A DNA stretch of 64,000 nucleotides. It comes from Minisyncoccia bacterium (lineage in GTDB: Bacteria > Patescibacteriota > Minisyncoccia > Phycocordibacterales > JAKFXT01). This document shows positions 17,213-26,720 of the stretch, one piece after another (position 1 is the first letter of the stretch; each line of letters starts with the position of its first letter). The stretch is taken from positions 1 to 64,000 of the forward strand of contig JBGPJO010000004.1 in NCBI GenBank assembly GCA_041485465.1, written 5' to 3'. The notes under the pieces are model-generated. The model worked only from the letters and a program-made list of their open reading frames with translations, was not told where the DNA came from and did no database searches. The position numbers were made by a program, and so were the translations under genes.

Positions 17213-17770
17213 TCATTTTGTTAACTTCCCCACTGTGGTCATAACCAATTTGCACGGCAATTGGGATACCTCTCGAGCAATGTAGCCATTGGTCAGCTTA
17301 TAGTTCGTAGGATCAAACGGCACCAAAATTGCCTGTGTACCATGGTAGCCAACAACAGCAAAAGAGGTGTCCTTGTCTAGAGCCAGACAACGAGGAGAAT
17401 TCGGCATCTCAAATCGAGTGGAATTCATCGCTAGGAAAGTCCCAAAGTTTGGTACCTTCAAAAGAAGCAATAAAAAACCAGTCGTTATCACGGAGGCAAT
17501 CAACCGAGCCCAAAAATAGTGCGACCACCAAAGAACAGTAACGATGACTACAGTAATTCCTAACAGAACCCACTGCCACCATGTTATAAGTCCAGCAATG
17601 AGCTGTCCTAGTTCAACTATCTGATAATAATAGATGACATTTGAAATGAGAGAGGCATCAATAAAGCTGTACGGAACATTAAAGTATGCGTAGAAACCGT
17701 ATTGAGTCAAAATGCTAACGATATAAAGATAGAGACCAACTCCGGTCGCGCTCCATAAGAATTTGATCAT
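17213..17770 (-). CDS. hypothetical polytopic membrane protein (185 aa)
   Basis: Three to four TM helices then a soluble C-domain. Lies in the low-GC island. No domain recognised. Confidence 0.5.
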   Translation of the reverse strand: MIKFLWSATGVGLYLYIVSILTQYGFYAYFNVPYSFIDASLISNVIYYYQIVELGQLIAGLITWWQWVLLGITVVIVTVLWWSHYFWARLIASVITTGFLLLLLKVPNFGTFLAMNSTRFEMPNSPRCLALDKDTSFAVVGYHGTQAILVPFDPTNYKLTNGYIAREVSQLPCKLVMTTVGKLTK

Positions 17771-17820
17771 GGTACGGAAACTATACCCTTCGTCCGGAAT
17801 TAGACAAATTAGATATTTTT

Positions 17821-18480
17821 TTACAGGTTTTTAAATTTTAAATCGTCAACAACAACACACCGTAGAGTCTGGAGTTGAGGTAGGATTGCGTCTAGTAACT
17901 CGTTCCAGGCTAATCCAAGAACATTGACGTCGGCTTTGGATTGATCCAATTGCACTTCTGTAAGCAGAGATTTGGCTGGGGTTGTGCCGATATTTCCGTC
18001 CGAATCTGACCATGTGGATATTTTGTGCCCGTGAGCAAATTTGTTGCGTATATCAGTTACATTCGAGAAATTATCTTTTATCAACGTGATACACTGCTGT
18101 ACACTAGGAGGTACTAGAGTAAAAAATAAAGTTCCGAACTCATCCATTTTTGCATACACATATCTTCCTTCGTCTTGTTCCCACTTTGTAGCGACAGCGT
18201 CACAAGGAGGCTTGAATTCAAGATCAATAATCCTCCGCATATTTTGGTGAAGAAAACACTCAATATAAATTTGTAAGCAAATGAAAGTCATGATAAGTTC
18301 TGAATCGACTTTTGTCTTCAGGTACTCTTGCTCGTGCTGCTCGAACTCCCTGCGGTATATAACTGCATCAATTTCCGTTTCCATTTTCACATGATCAGAA
18401 ACACCAACTATATCGCTTACATTAAACGAAAGATTAACCATGTCCTCTATTTTATCACTATGATTCTTCTTCATCTCCAA
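17821..18480 (-). CDS. hypothetical protein with HEPN-like Rx4H motif (Abi-like?)
   Basis: ...DIRNKFAHGHKI matches the R-x4-6-H motif of HEPN/Abi_2-type RNases. Low-GC context. Confidence 0.4.
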   Translation of the reverse strand: MEMKKNHSDKIEDMVNLSFNVSDIVGVSDHVKMETEIDAVIYRREFEQHEQEYLKTKVDSELIMTFICLQIYIECFLHQNMRRIIDLEFKPPCDAVATKWEQDEGRYVYAKMDEFGTLFFTLVPPSVQQCITLIKDNFSNVTDIRNKFAHGHKISTWSDSDGNIGTTPAKSLLTEVQLDQSKADVNVLGLAWNELLDAILPQLQTLRCVVVDDLKFKNL

Positions 18481-18569
18481 CCCTTAAACAGGGCTCCCCT
18501 GAGTCAGAACTTGTCTACTTTGTACCACACCTGCTGAGGGCCTGGGACGACCTTGGAACCTTTATCTCA

Positions 18570-18800
18570 TTAAAACCAAGATTTCTTTCTTTTCTTAGCG
18601 TGAAGTTCTGAGTGACTACTTCGAGGCATAATAACAAGGTTACTTTTCCTAAAATTTTTTTTGTTACCGTCTTTATGGTGGACAACTAATCCATCAGAGA
18701 TTCTTCCACCAACCATCCGAGCGGCAACGCTTCTGTGCACCAACTTTTTAGTGTCGCGCCATCTTGGATAGCCTTTTTTATCGTAAAAAAAGAGACCCAT
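18570..18800 (-). CDS. HNH endonuclease (small, 76 aa)
   Basis: VVHHKDGNKKN...N...H...LH is the HNH signature. Confidence 0.7.
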   Translation of the reverse strand: MGLFFYDKKGYPRWRDTKKLVHRSVAARMVGGRISDGLVVHHKDGNKKNFRKSNLVIMPRSSHSELHAKKRKKSWF

Positions 18801-18930
18801 ATAGTTTATGATAACACTTCAGGCGGTTACGCGTCTGGATGGTGTTGGAATCATTTTAATAGATTTTGCGGGAATTTTTTAAGTACCTTCTATTTCGGCT
18901 CTAAATGGAGGTATACTTTCTTTATATATT

Positions 18931-19380
18931 ATGGCGGCGGTTAAAATTCTAACCCTACGAAGTCTCGCAAAAGATAGGCTAAAAGAGGCCAGAATACTTT
19001 TTGCATCGGATAAATTCCACGGTGCAAAATATCTCTGCGGCTATGCCGTTGAACATGCCGTCAAATACCGTATTTGTAGACATCTTGGATGGTCCTCTTA
19101 TCCACCCCAAAATCCTAAATCGAGTAGTAACGATGCAACTTGGGATGGTCTTGCGAGTTTCAAAACACACGATCTTCAGATTCTTTTGTTGTTCACGGGC
19201 TGTCTAGATCGGATATTTAATAATGTCGCTCTGGTTGCGGCATGGGATGATGTTAAAAATTGGGATTCTGAAATTCGTTATGAGGCGATAAAAACACATA
19301 AAGTCGAACAAGCTAAGTTGAGGACCTTTCTAGAGTCTGCGGCAATTATTATGAGATCTTTGGGTTGTCCCACTTCATAA
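18931..19380 (+). CDS. HEPN-domain protein
   Basis: HGAKYLCGYAVEHAVKYRI resembles the HEPN (PF05168) helix pattern hAxQAvEkaLKA. No MNT partner was seen. Confidence 0.45.
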   Translation: MAAVKILTLRSLAKDRLKEARILFASDKFHGAKYLCGYAVEHAVKYRICRHLGWSSYPPQNPKSSSNDATWDGLASFKTHDLQILLLFTGCLDRIFNNVALVAAWDDVKNWDSEIRYEAIKTHKVEQAKLRTFLESAAIIMRSLGCPTS

Positions 19381-19386
19381 ATTTAT

Positions 19387-19911
19387 ATGGACGAAAAAAA
19401 CTTAAAAAAACTTAAAAAAATAGATTCTGAAATTAGAAAAGACAGGGGGGTTCCTTCTTTCTTTGCTGCATTCTTGCGGACAGACATATTAAATAAACAA
19501 AATATAGAGAAATGGGATTTACTATTCAGCGCATCTTGGATAAATCAAAAGAGTAAGCGCAAAGAACGAGAATATATTTTTTCAAAACTAATCAAAAAAT
19601 TTTCGCCTAATGAACTGTCTAGTTTCCTGCAGAAACTCGACATTATTAATTCTAAAGATCCCTTTATTAAAGAAGTAACTAAAAAACTTGGTTTGATTAG
19701 CAACGACACTGTTTTGGTAGAGGGACTTTTAATAGGATCAGGAAAAAATAGCATCTCTATTACAAGATCGTTCATTTTTTCATCTACTCCTGCTATTCGG
19801 CCTGCTGAGGCTAAACCTAGTAAAACTGGCTTCCCAGTAAGTCGCGGTACGAAAACCGGAGATAGTCCAAAGGCTATTGGAAAAATTTCTAAACCTAAAG
19901 ACGGGAGTTAA
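19387..19911 (+). CDS. hypothetical protein with a disordered S/T/P/K-rich C-terminus (174 aa)
   Basis: ORF 7 nt downstream of the HEPN gene, so probably co-transcribed with it. No domain recognised. Confidence 0.4.
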   Translation: MDEKNLKKLKKIDSEIRKDRGVPSFFAAFLRTDILNKQNIEKWDLLFSASWINQKSKRKEREYIFSKLIKKFSPNELSSFLQKLDIINSKDPFIKEVTKKLGLISNDTVLVEGLLIGSGKNSISITRSFIFSSTPAIRPAEAKPSKTGFPVSRGTKTGDSPKAIGKISKPKDGS

Positions 19912-20164
19912 TCCAAGTCCAAATATCTCGATCCATCCACCCTGCATTTTGACCAGTTTCCACTCTAGTAATAAAAATTCTATCTGAGACGTCTAAGTGA
20001 TGACGAAGATGTTCGTAAATTTGTCCTGCGGTCCAAGAAGTGGATACAAACCAAGTAGAATGCAGTACGTTATCACGAATGTAGTCGTATTGTTGTAAAG
20101 CCGAATATAGGCTCGTATAATCTTTGCCTGGTTTGTTAAGCTGATATTTGATGACGTAAATCAT
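19895..20164 (-). CDS. hypothetical protein (89 aa)
   Basis: ORF at the edge of the low-GC island. It overlaps the preceding gene convergently by 17 nt. Confidence 0.35.
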   Translation of the reverse strand: MIYVIKYQLNKPGKDYTSLYSALQQYDYIRDNVLHSTWFVSTSWTAGQIYEHLRHHLDVSDRIFITRVETGQNAGWMDRDIWTWINSRL

Positions 20165-20256
20165 TACTATATTATTCTACACCGACAATTATGATCGTAC
20201 ACGCGGGTTGACCACCCGGGGAAGGTGTTCCCAAGTCTGTAACTTTTTCTAAAAAA

Positions 20257-20340
20257 CCCCTGCTTCTGTTACCAGAAGGTCACGGGTAACTGGTAAACCT
20301 TAGGTGCAGTAAACATCGGGGATATCCCAACTCTGCTTGC
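20257..20340 (-). ncRNA. candidate small SRP RNA (4.5S-like) or structured terminator element
   Basis: On the minus strand, GUUUACCAG is followed by a CUUCUG-GUAA-CAGAAG hairpin (GNRA tetraloop) and then AAGCAGGGG-U6. This resembles the domain IV core of E. coli 4.5S RNA (GUUUACCAGG...GGAA...GGAAGCAGCC). The match rests on a 9-mer plus the hairpin only. Confidence 0.2.
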
Positions 20341-20393
20341 CCTCCTCGGTTGCGAAAATCCCCATCATGCCCCACAAAGGCTTTCCCCCTCTT

Positions 20394-20678
20394 TTACTGC
20401 ACTCCTTGCACTGTCGGGGTCGATGGATTGAGAAGATGACTTTGAATTGTTGGTAAAATGGTATTTATAAAGAAATTATAAAGATACAGAGCCGGTTCTT
20501 TGAGTATCTTATCCCAAAGAACATACCAAAGGTCTTTTCCTTTAGCGATAATCGCTTGGCCCTCCGTAGAATCGGCAAAACCTCTGACGTCAACCTTAAA
20601 ATACCACAGGAGAAAAACCGCAATGATTAGGAGAATTAAAAGTTTGAAAAATCCACGCCGCGGTGAAATTTTATTCAT
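20394..20678 (-). CDS. small membrane protein (94 aa)
   Basis: One N-terminal TM helix (LLILLIIAVFLLWYF). Confidence 0.45.
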   Translation of the reverse strand: MNKISPRRGFFKLLILLIIAVFLLWYFKVDVRGFADSTEGQAIIAKGKDLWYVLWDKILKEPALYLYNFFINTILPTIQSHLLNPSTPTVQGVQ

Positions 20679-20705
20679 GATTTACTAACTATTCTACTAT
20701 GTATT

Positions 20706-21977
20706 TTAAAGATAGAGCAGTGGATTAAGATAGGCTTTAAGATCAGCAACCGGAAGCGTGTAAGTGCCGCCGCATACCCTGCTTTTCAAAGTGGTAATTC
20801 GTACGCCTTCGGACGCGTATACGCCAAAATGAAGATGCGGCCCTGTCGCATAGCCGGTTGAGCCCGAGTAGCCGATAAGTTCTCTTGTGTCTACGTTCTG
20901 GCCAACCCCTACTTTAATGAGCGAGAGATGGGCATAGAGGGTGGAGAGGCCATTTAAGTGTTTAATCATGATCCATTTACCGTAGGAGGCCCCCGGACAA
21001 ACGGTATCGGTATCACCCGTTCCTAAGACAACGCCCTGAAGCGCCGCCTTAATGGGCGTGCCTGGAGCGGCACGTAGGTCAATACCATTATGCCCCTTGC
21101 CATTATAAGCTTGCGGATTTTGACGCGAAAAGTCAGTATCGCCGAATTGTTGCGTGACAAAAGGATTATCAACCGGCCACGATAGAATACCCGATCCGGG
21201 ATGAGGAAAACTCCCCGGGTCAACAATCAGTTTCAGTTGAGACTCGTAATTTGAAATTTCCTGCTGAGCGGCGACCCTCTTTGCTTCCCTATCGGCAAGC
21301 AGCTTTTTGTAATTGGCTTGATTATTCTTTGTCGCCAAAAGAAGCTTGTTAGTTTCCTGTTTGTTGGCTTCGACAATTTTCTTTTGGTCGGAAAGTTGAT
21401 TTTGAAGTGTTTGTAGTTCTTGACGTTTCGCTTCAGTCTCAGTCTTTGAATCATTCAAATCATTTTTAAGTTGTGTCAGTTGATTGACCTTGTCTTTAAT
21501 CGCCCCGTGAAGCTCTTCAAGCGCGGCCCGATTATTCCACAGATCACCGAGATTCCCATAAGTCAAAATCGCTTCAAGAAGGGATGTTTGATCGGAATCA
21601 GAAACTTCACGGATGCTCTTCTCGAGAGCGCTTTTTTGCAGACTTATTTGTCCTTCCTTGTCGCCGATTTGGTTCTTAAGAGATTGAATAGTGAGATTAA
21701 CAGCGTCTATCTTTTTCTGTGTAAGCGCAATGTCAGCGGTTAATTTTTTCCGCGCAAGCTCGAGCGCCTGGAGCGCGCCCTGAAGCGTGCCGACCTGTTT
21801 CCCCGTTTCAGTGATCTGCTGCTGGTAGCTGGCAATTTCTTTTTCGAGATTTTGTATTTCCGTGTTCTTCGCGTCTATCTTTTGTTGTAGCTCATCGGCA
21901 GTCTGGGCAAAAGAATACGAGGTTCCTATGGAAAGAAACAAGAGCGAAATAATTAGTAACCGGAGAACGTTCATCAT
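20706..21977 (-). CDS. M23-family metallopeptidase with N-terminal coiled coil (EnvC/murein hydrolase activator-like)
   Basis: Signal peptide, about 230 aa of Q/L/K-rich coiled coil, and the LytM/M23 motifs HNGIDL and GSTGYATGPHLHF. Confidence 0.8.
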   Translation of the reverse strand: MMNVLRLLIISLLFLSIGTSYSFAQTADELQQKIDAKNTEIQNLEKEIASYQQQITETGKQVGTLQGALQALELARKKLTADIALTQKKIDAVNLTIQSLKNQIGDKEGQISLQKSALEKSIREVSDSDQTSLLEAILTYGNLGDLWNNRAALEELHGAIKDKVNQLTQLKNDLNDSKTETEAKRQELQTLQNQLSDQKKIVEANKQETNKLLLATKNNQANYKKLLADREAKRVAAQQEISNYESQLKLIVDPGSFPHPGSGILSWPVDNPFVTQQFGDTDFSRQNPQAYNGKGHNGIDLRAAPGTPIKAALQGVVLGTGDTDTVCPGASYGKWIMIKHLNGLSTLYAHLSLIKVGVGQNVDTRELIGYSGSTGYATGPHLHFGVYASEGVRITTLKSRVCGGTYTLPVADLKAYLNPLLYL

Positions 21978-23386
21978 TCATTTAATTTATGAAGCCGCTC
22001 TGCCGCGCTTTTAAGGCGGAGCTCTGTTTCCTCCTTTCCTAAAACCGCAGCAAGAGTAAAGGGGTCGGGCGATTTTTCTTTTCCGGAAAGGGCAACCCGC
22101 ATAGGCCATAGCACCTCTCCCCTTCCCTCTTTTGTGGCATATTCCCAAAGAGCGCTCTTAATCCCCTCTTTGGTAAATCCTTCCTTGGGAATACGATCGA
22201 GTTCTTCAATCAACCGAAGAATGTGCGATTCAATTCTTTTGCTGTCAGGATGAACTTCTTTTTTCGGGGCGGGTAAGATTCGGGCGATTTCGAAGACCGG
22301 TTTGTCAAAGATGTAATTGAATTCACCCGCCTCCCTCATCGCCTCAATATCCCCGAAGATTGAGATACGGTCGCGGATCTCGGGAAGAAACCGTGAAAAT
22401 CGCTCTTCGGACCATCCAGGAAGAGCCGTGATATTTTCCGGAAGCCGCTCGAGAACCCCCTTTTTAAAATCCTCTTCGGAAAGTTTTTTCATGTGTTCAC
22501 GGTTAATCCATCTCAATTTCTCGACATCAAAAACCGCGCCGGCTTTTTGCATCTTCTCAAGTTCAAACTCTTTGATCAGCTCTTCGATGGTAAAAATCTC
22601 CCGGTCGTCCCCCGGGTGCCAGCCGAGGAGCGCGAGATAATTAATGAGTGCTTCCGGTAAAAATCCCAGCTTTCGATATTCGGTAATGGGAACCGAGCCA
22701 TTCCGCTTCGAAAGCTTTGCCCTGTCTTGACCCAAGACAAAGGGAATATGGCAGTAAACGGGCCGGGGCGCGCCGATTGCCTCTTGGATCAAAATCTGAC
22801 GCGGCGTGTTGTAAATGCCGTCAACACCGCGAATGACATGGGTAATGCCCATTTCAAAATCGTCAACAACAACCGCGAGATGATACAGGGGCTCCTCGAG
22901 ATTTTTCGCGATAACAAAATCTTTGAGCTCGCTCGTGTCCACGGTGATTTCACCGAGTACCAGATCCGTAAAGGTCACCTTCTTGTTGGGATTTTTAAAA
23001 CGAATCACTTCGGAGCGCCGCTCGCGATGTTCCCCTTTTTCGTCTTCCGCCTCCTCCTCTCCCCCCTCAGATATGTATGTTTCCTCCGAAGAAAGATACG
23101 CCGTTCCCTCCGCGATCATTTTTCCCAGATACTTTTTATAGATCAGCGTCCGCTCCGATTGTTTATAGATCGCATCAAATGAAAGCTTGAGCCATTGGAG
23201 CGCATCAAAATTGCTTTCTTCAAATTCTTTTTTGGAACGGGACTTATCGGTATCCTCGAAACGAAGAATAATCTTGCCGCCGGTTTTTTTGGCGAAAAGA
23301 TAATTAAAAAGAGCGGTGCGCATGCCCCCGACATGCGGATGTCCGGTCGGGCTCGGCGGGTATCGTGTTATGACGGAATCGGCCAT
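21974..23386 (-). CDS. gltX: Glutamate--tRNA ligase
   Basis: PSPTGHPHVGGMRTALFNY (HIGH) and KLSKR (KMSKS), plus an acidic insertion EGGEEEAEDEKGEHRERRSE. Confidence 0.9.
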   Translation of the reverse strand: MADSVITRYPPSPTGHPHVGGMRTALFNYLFAKKTGGKIILRFEDTDKSRSKKEFEESNFDALQWLKLSFDAIYKQSERTLIYKKYLGKMIAEGTAYLSSEETYISEGGEEEAEDEKGEHRERRSEVIRFKNPNKKVTFTDLVLGEITVDTSELKDFVIAKNLEEPLYHLAVVVDDFEMGITHVIRGVDGIYNTPRQILIQEAIGAPRPVYCHIPFVLGQDRAKLSKRNGSVPITEYRKLGFLPEALINYLALLGWHPGDDREIFTIEELIKEFELEKMQKAGAVFDVEKLRWINREHMKKLSEEDFKKGVLERLPENITALPGWSEERFSRFLPEIRDRISIFGDIEAMREAGEFNYIFDKPVFEIARILPAPKKEVHPDSKRIESHILRLIEELDRIPKEGFTKEGIKSALWEYATKEGRGEVLWPMRVALSGKEKSPDPFTLAAVLGKEETELRLKSAAERLHKLNE

Positions 23387-23394
23387 AGCTATAC

Positions 23395-24525
23395 TTATGC
23401 GGTTTCGTGAGAGAGGGCAATTTCGATAATTACTCGTGCGATTTTTTCGGCAGCATCCGGCTTCGCCAATTTGCTTGCGGCTTCCCTCATAGACATTTGA
23501 AGTTTTTTATCACCCATAATCTTATCAATCTCAAAAAGAAGGAGGGAGGGCGTGACGTTCTTTTCTTCCATGACGATGCCGGCGCCGGCACGCGCGTAGG
23601 CAAAGGCATTTCCCGTTTGGTCGTGGCTTGTGGGCTTCGGTATCGGAATGACAATGGCAGGCACTTTCCAAATCGCTACCTCAAAAAGAGTTGACCCCGC
23701 CCGCGTAATGATCAGATCGGCGACACCGGCTGCCATACGAAGCGTCAGGGTGTTGAGGTAGGCATAGGGGTGGTAGCGATCGATGCGGGCATTCCCCCGG
23801 AGCACCACTTTTGAAGTATCCGCCATAAGTTTGTAATGCTTTTCGCCGGTCTGATGGACAATCTGATACTTTTCGACAAGCTTCGACAAAGAATCGAGGA
23901 TCGCGTCATTGATATTCTGGGCGCCCTGCGAACCACCGAGAATAAGAATCATGGAAGCCCCCTCTTCAAGCTTCAAGAAATCGCGCGCGCCCTCGGCCAC
24001 AACTTCTATAAGATCCGTGCGGATCGGATTCCCTGTCCAGGCCACTTTTTCTTCCGGAAAAAATTTACCGGCCTCTTTATAAGAGACGGCTATACGCTCG
24101 GCAAACTTACCGGCCCAGGCGCTTACTTTGCCGGGCGAGGTATCAGACTCGTGGATGACGACCGGAATCCGAAGAATTTTTGCCGCAAAAAGCGCCGGGA
24201 AGCTCGCGTAACCGCCTTTGGCAAAAACAACGTCAGGAAAAATCGCAAAGACCGAGATCAGCGCTTTTAAGACTCCAAATCCCGTCTTGAAAAAATCGAA
24301 AAAATTCAAAATTGAAAAGTATCGGCGGATTTTGCCGGCAGAGGCATACCGATACGCAATGTTGTTCTCAAAAAGGGCCCGCTCGTCGTAGGGTGAGGGC
24401 GCCATGTAGAAAAGTTCCGGCTGGATAAGCTTTTCTTCCTTTGTAATTCGATTGATTTCCTCGGCAACGGCGATAATCGGGTAAAAATGCCCACCGGTGC
24501 CACCGCCAGTAAAGAGAATTTTCAT
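23395..24525 (-). CDS. murG: MurG, UDP-GlcNAc:lipid I GlcNAc transferase
   Basis: MKILFTGGGTGGHFYPIIAV N-terminus and GT28 fold motifs. Confidence 0.9.
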   Translation of the reverse strand: MKILFTGGGTGGHFYPIIAVAEEINRITKEEKLIQPELFYMAPSPYDERALFENNIAYRYASAGKIRRYFSILNFFDFFKTGFGVLKALISVFAIFPDVVFAKGGYASFPALFAAKILRIPVVIHESDTSPGKVSAWAGKFAERIAVSYKEAGKFFPEEKVAWTGNPIRTDLIEVVAEGARDFLKLEEGASMILILGGSQGAQNINDAILDSLSKLVEKYQIVHQTGEKHYKLMADTSKVVLRGNARIDRYHPYAYLNTLTLRMAAGVADLIITRAGSTLFEVAIWKVPAIVIPIPKPTSHDQTGNAFAYARAGAGIVMEEKNVTPSLLLFEIDKIMGDKKLQMSMREAASKLAKPDAAEKIARVIIEIALSHETA

Positions 24526-25619
24526 ACTTTTTGGTAGCGAGAGATGTTTAAGAGTATCCCCGCTTCGGCAAGGGCTATCAAAAGCGCCGTACCGCCCTGA
24601 CTTACGAAAACAAGCGGGGTCCCAGAAAGCGGAAAAACAGCTAGCATTGAAGCGATATTAAGGAATGACTGGGAGATTATCAGTATAACAATTCCCAAGG
24701 CGGTGAGTCCACCGAACGTGTCCTGTGCTCTCGAAGCGATACGGAGACCCCGGAGAGCGAAAAAAAGAAATAAAAGGATGAGCAAGGACGCCCCAATGAA
24801 GCCAAATTCCTCGCCCGCTACCGCGAAAATCGAATCCCCGATCGGCTCCGGAAGGTAGCCGAATTTTTGGACACTTTGTCCGAATCCCCTCCCGGTCAGC
24901 CCTCCCGAGCCGATCGCTATTAATGATTGGTAGACTTGATAGCCCGCGCCGTAATAATCAACATTGCTCAAATTAATGAAAGCAAGCAGCCGCTCCTTAA
25001 GATACGGCCGAAAAAGAAGAAGCGCGCCGCCGCCGAGTACCCCGACGAAGCCGAGAATGAGCATATCCTTAAACCGTCCCCCCGCGACAAGAAACATGGC
25101 AAGTCCCGCGAAAAAAAGAGTAAAGAAGGAGTCGGTATCAGGCTGGAGCAAAAGGACAGCTCCGGAAATCCCCGAAAGAATAAAGAACGGAAGCAGGCCG
25201 AATTTAAAATCTTTGACCTTATCTTTGACCATCGAAAGCCAGGCGGCGAAATAAATGACAAAAGAAAGCCGCAGGAGCTCGGAGGGCTCAAAAGTAAAAG
25301 AGCCGACCGAAATCCAGCGGCGAGCGCCCCCGTGCTCAAAGCCGATACCCGGCACAAAGACAAGGAGCGTCAGGAACAGCGCCGCGATAAAAAAATAAAA
25401 AGAGTATTTCCGTAAGTGGCGATAATTGAGATTTGAAAAAACAAAAAGTGCCACCCCGCCAAAGAGCAGCCCAAAGACCAACTGTTTTAAAGCGGTCGCC
25501 TCGAAACTTGCTCCCGGTCTCGTCAAAAGTCCGAGTGAGGCGGAGAAAAAAATAATGAAACCAAAGACGACGAGGGTGAGAACAATGAAGAAAAAGGGGC
25601 GATCAAAGTGTCTTTTCAT
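24522..25619 (-). CDS. ftsW: SEDS-family peptidoglycan glycosyltransferase FtsW/RodA
   Basis: Ten TM helices and the motif GSGGLTGRGFGQS.QK..YLPEP..D.IFA..GEE.G. Confidence 0.85.
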   Translation of the reverse strand: MKRHFDRPFFFIVLTLVVFGFIIFFSASLGLLTRPGASFEATALKQLVFGLLFGGVALFVFSNLNYRHLRKYSFYFFIAALFLTLLVFVPGIGFEHGGARRWISVGSFTFEPSELLRLSFVIYFAAWLSMVKDKVKDFKFGLLPFFILSGISGAVLLLQPDTDSFFTLFFAGLAMFLVAGGRFKDMLILGFVGVLGGGALLLFRPYLKERLLAFINLSNVDYYGAGYQVYQSLIAIGSGGLTGRGFGQSVQKFGYLPEPIGDSIFAVAGEEFGFIGASLLILLFLFFALRGLRIASRAQDTFGGLTALGIVILIISQSFLNIASMLAVFPLSGTPLVFVSQGGTALLIALAEAGILLNISRYQKV

Positions 25620-25625
25620 AAACGC

Positions 25626-26696
25626 TTAACCAAGAAGAGCAACGACAATTCCCAAAATTGCAAAGATCACACCAATAATCCAGAAACGCATTGTTACTTT
25701 ATACCCCGGCCAGCCAAGCGCTTCGAAATGGTGGTGAATCGGAGCAACAAGAAAAACTTTCTTGCCCCGAAATTTCTTTGATGTCAGCTGAATGATATCA
25801 GAAAGACTGGTCGCGATAAGAGGCGCGGCAATGATCGGGAGCGCAATTAAACCATGCCCGTCTCCCAAAGCATCTGTCATAAAGGCGACAACTGAAAGCG
25901 TAATGGTAAGCCCCATCGTGCCGGTTTCCGACATGTAAAATCGGGCCGGTGGAATATTGAACCACAAGAAGGCAAGGATACCGCCGACGACCGTGGCACA
26001 GAAGGCCGCCAGGTCGATTTGATGCTGGTAGAAAGCTATCGCGGCATAGGAAGCAAACATTGTCGCGAATATTCCGCCGGCAAGCCCGTCGATACCGTCA
26101 ATAACCCCACCGGAGTAAATGCCGAGCGCGACGATAACAAAGAGAGGAATGAAAAGCCAGCCAATCGTTAACTGACCGATAACCGGAAAACCAATTGCGG
26201 TGACGCCTAATTTGAAGTAAAACCACAAAGCGCATAAAAGCGCGATGAAAGCGACCAGGAGCAACCGCTTCTTCAAAGAAAGCCCGCCGGCAATATGATC
26301 CCCCGTTCCTTTTACCTCGAGAAAATCGTCAATCAGACCGAGAAATGCTCCAACAAGAAGAACGACGAGCGGCACCCAAGTCTGACTTCTTGAGAGAAAA
26401 TCAAGTTTATTGAATACTTCGCCGTTGGTCACCTGATCGACAAGCCAGATGCCAACAACGGTAATAGCCGTTGCCGCCCAGATAACCACTCCACCCATCT
26501 TCGGCGTGCCAACCTCCTTGTTTTTATGGAGCTCGTTGAAAATCGGGGTGTTGCTCCCGTCAAGCGACACTTTCCCGGCTTTTTTCTTCCACATTCGGTT
26601 CCGATAAAGATAATTGGTCAGAAACGGCGTAATACCAATGCCCACAGTAAAGGCAATAACGGAAGGAAGAAAAACTTTGAAGACATCGAGAATCAT
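25626..26696 (-). CDS. mraY: Phospho-N-acetylmuramoyl-pentapeptide transferase MraY
   Basis: Polytopic membrane protein with the MraY motifs (DD..D, HHHFE). Confidence 0.9.
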   Translation of the reverse strand: MILDVFKVFLPSVIAFTVGIGITPFLTNYLYRNRMWKKKAGKVSLDGSNTPIFNELHKNKEVGTPKMGGVVIWAATAITVVGIWLVDQVTNGEVFNKLDFLSRSQTWVPLVVLLVGAFLGLIDDFLEVKGTGDHIAGGLSLKKRLLLVAFIALLCALWFYFKLGVTAIGFPVIGQLTIGWLFIPLFVIVALGIYSGGVIDGIDGLAGGIFATMFASYAAIAFYQHQIDLAAFCATVVGGILAFLWFNIPPARFYMSETGTMGLTITLSVVAFMTDALGDGHGLIALPIIAAPLIATSLSDIIQLTSKKFRGKKVFLVAPIHHHFEALGWPGYKVTMRFWIIGVIFAILGIVVALLG

Positions 26697-26720
26697 GCTT
26701 CGTAGTATTAGTATACAGAA

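Noticed and set aside
19395-19425. Short tandem repeat aaaaaaactt x2, considered as a possible CRISPR or repeat feature.
   Set aside because: Only two copies, inside the start of a Lys-rich coding region (MDEKNLKKLKK). No spacer-repeat architecture anywhere in the window.
24927-25415. Long ORFs antisense to ftsW, gltX, alaS, gap and other genes (for example 24927..25415+, 24968..25363-, 22727..23182+, 50089..50571+, 37878..38215+).
   Set aside because: They lie wholly inside well-supported housekeeping genes on the opposite strand. Their products are low-complexity or basic and have no motifs. They are typical spurious antisense ORFs.
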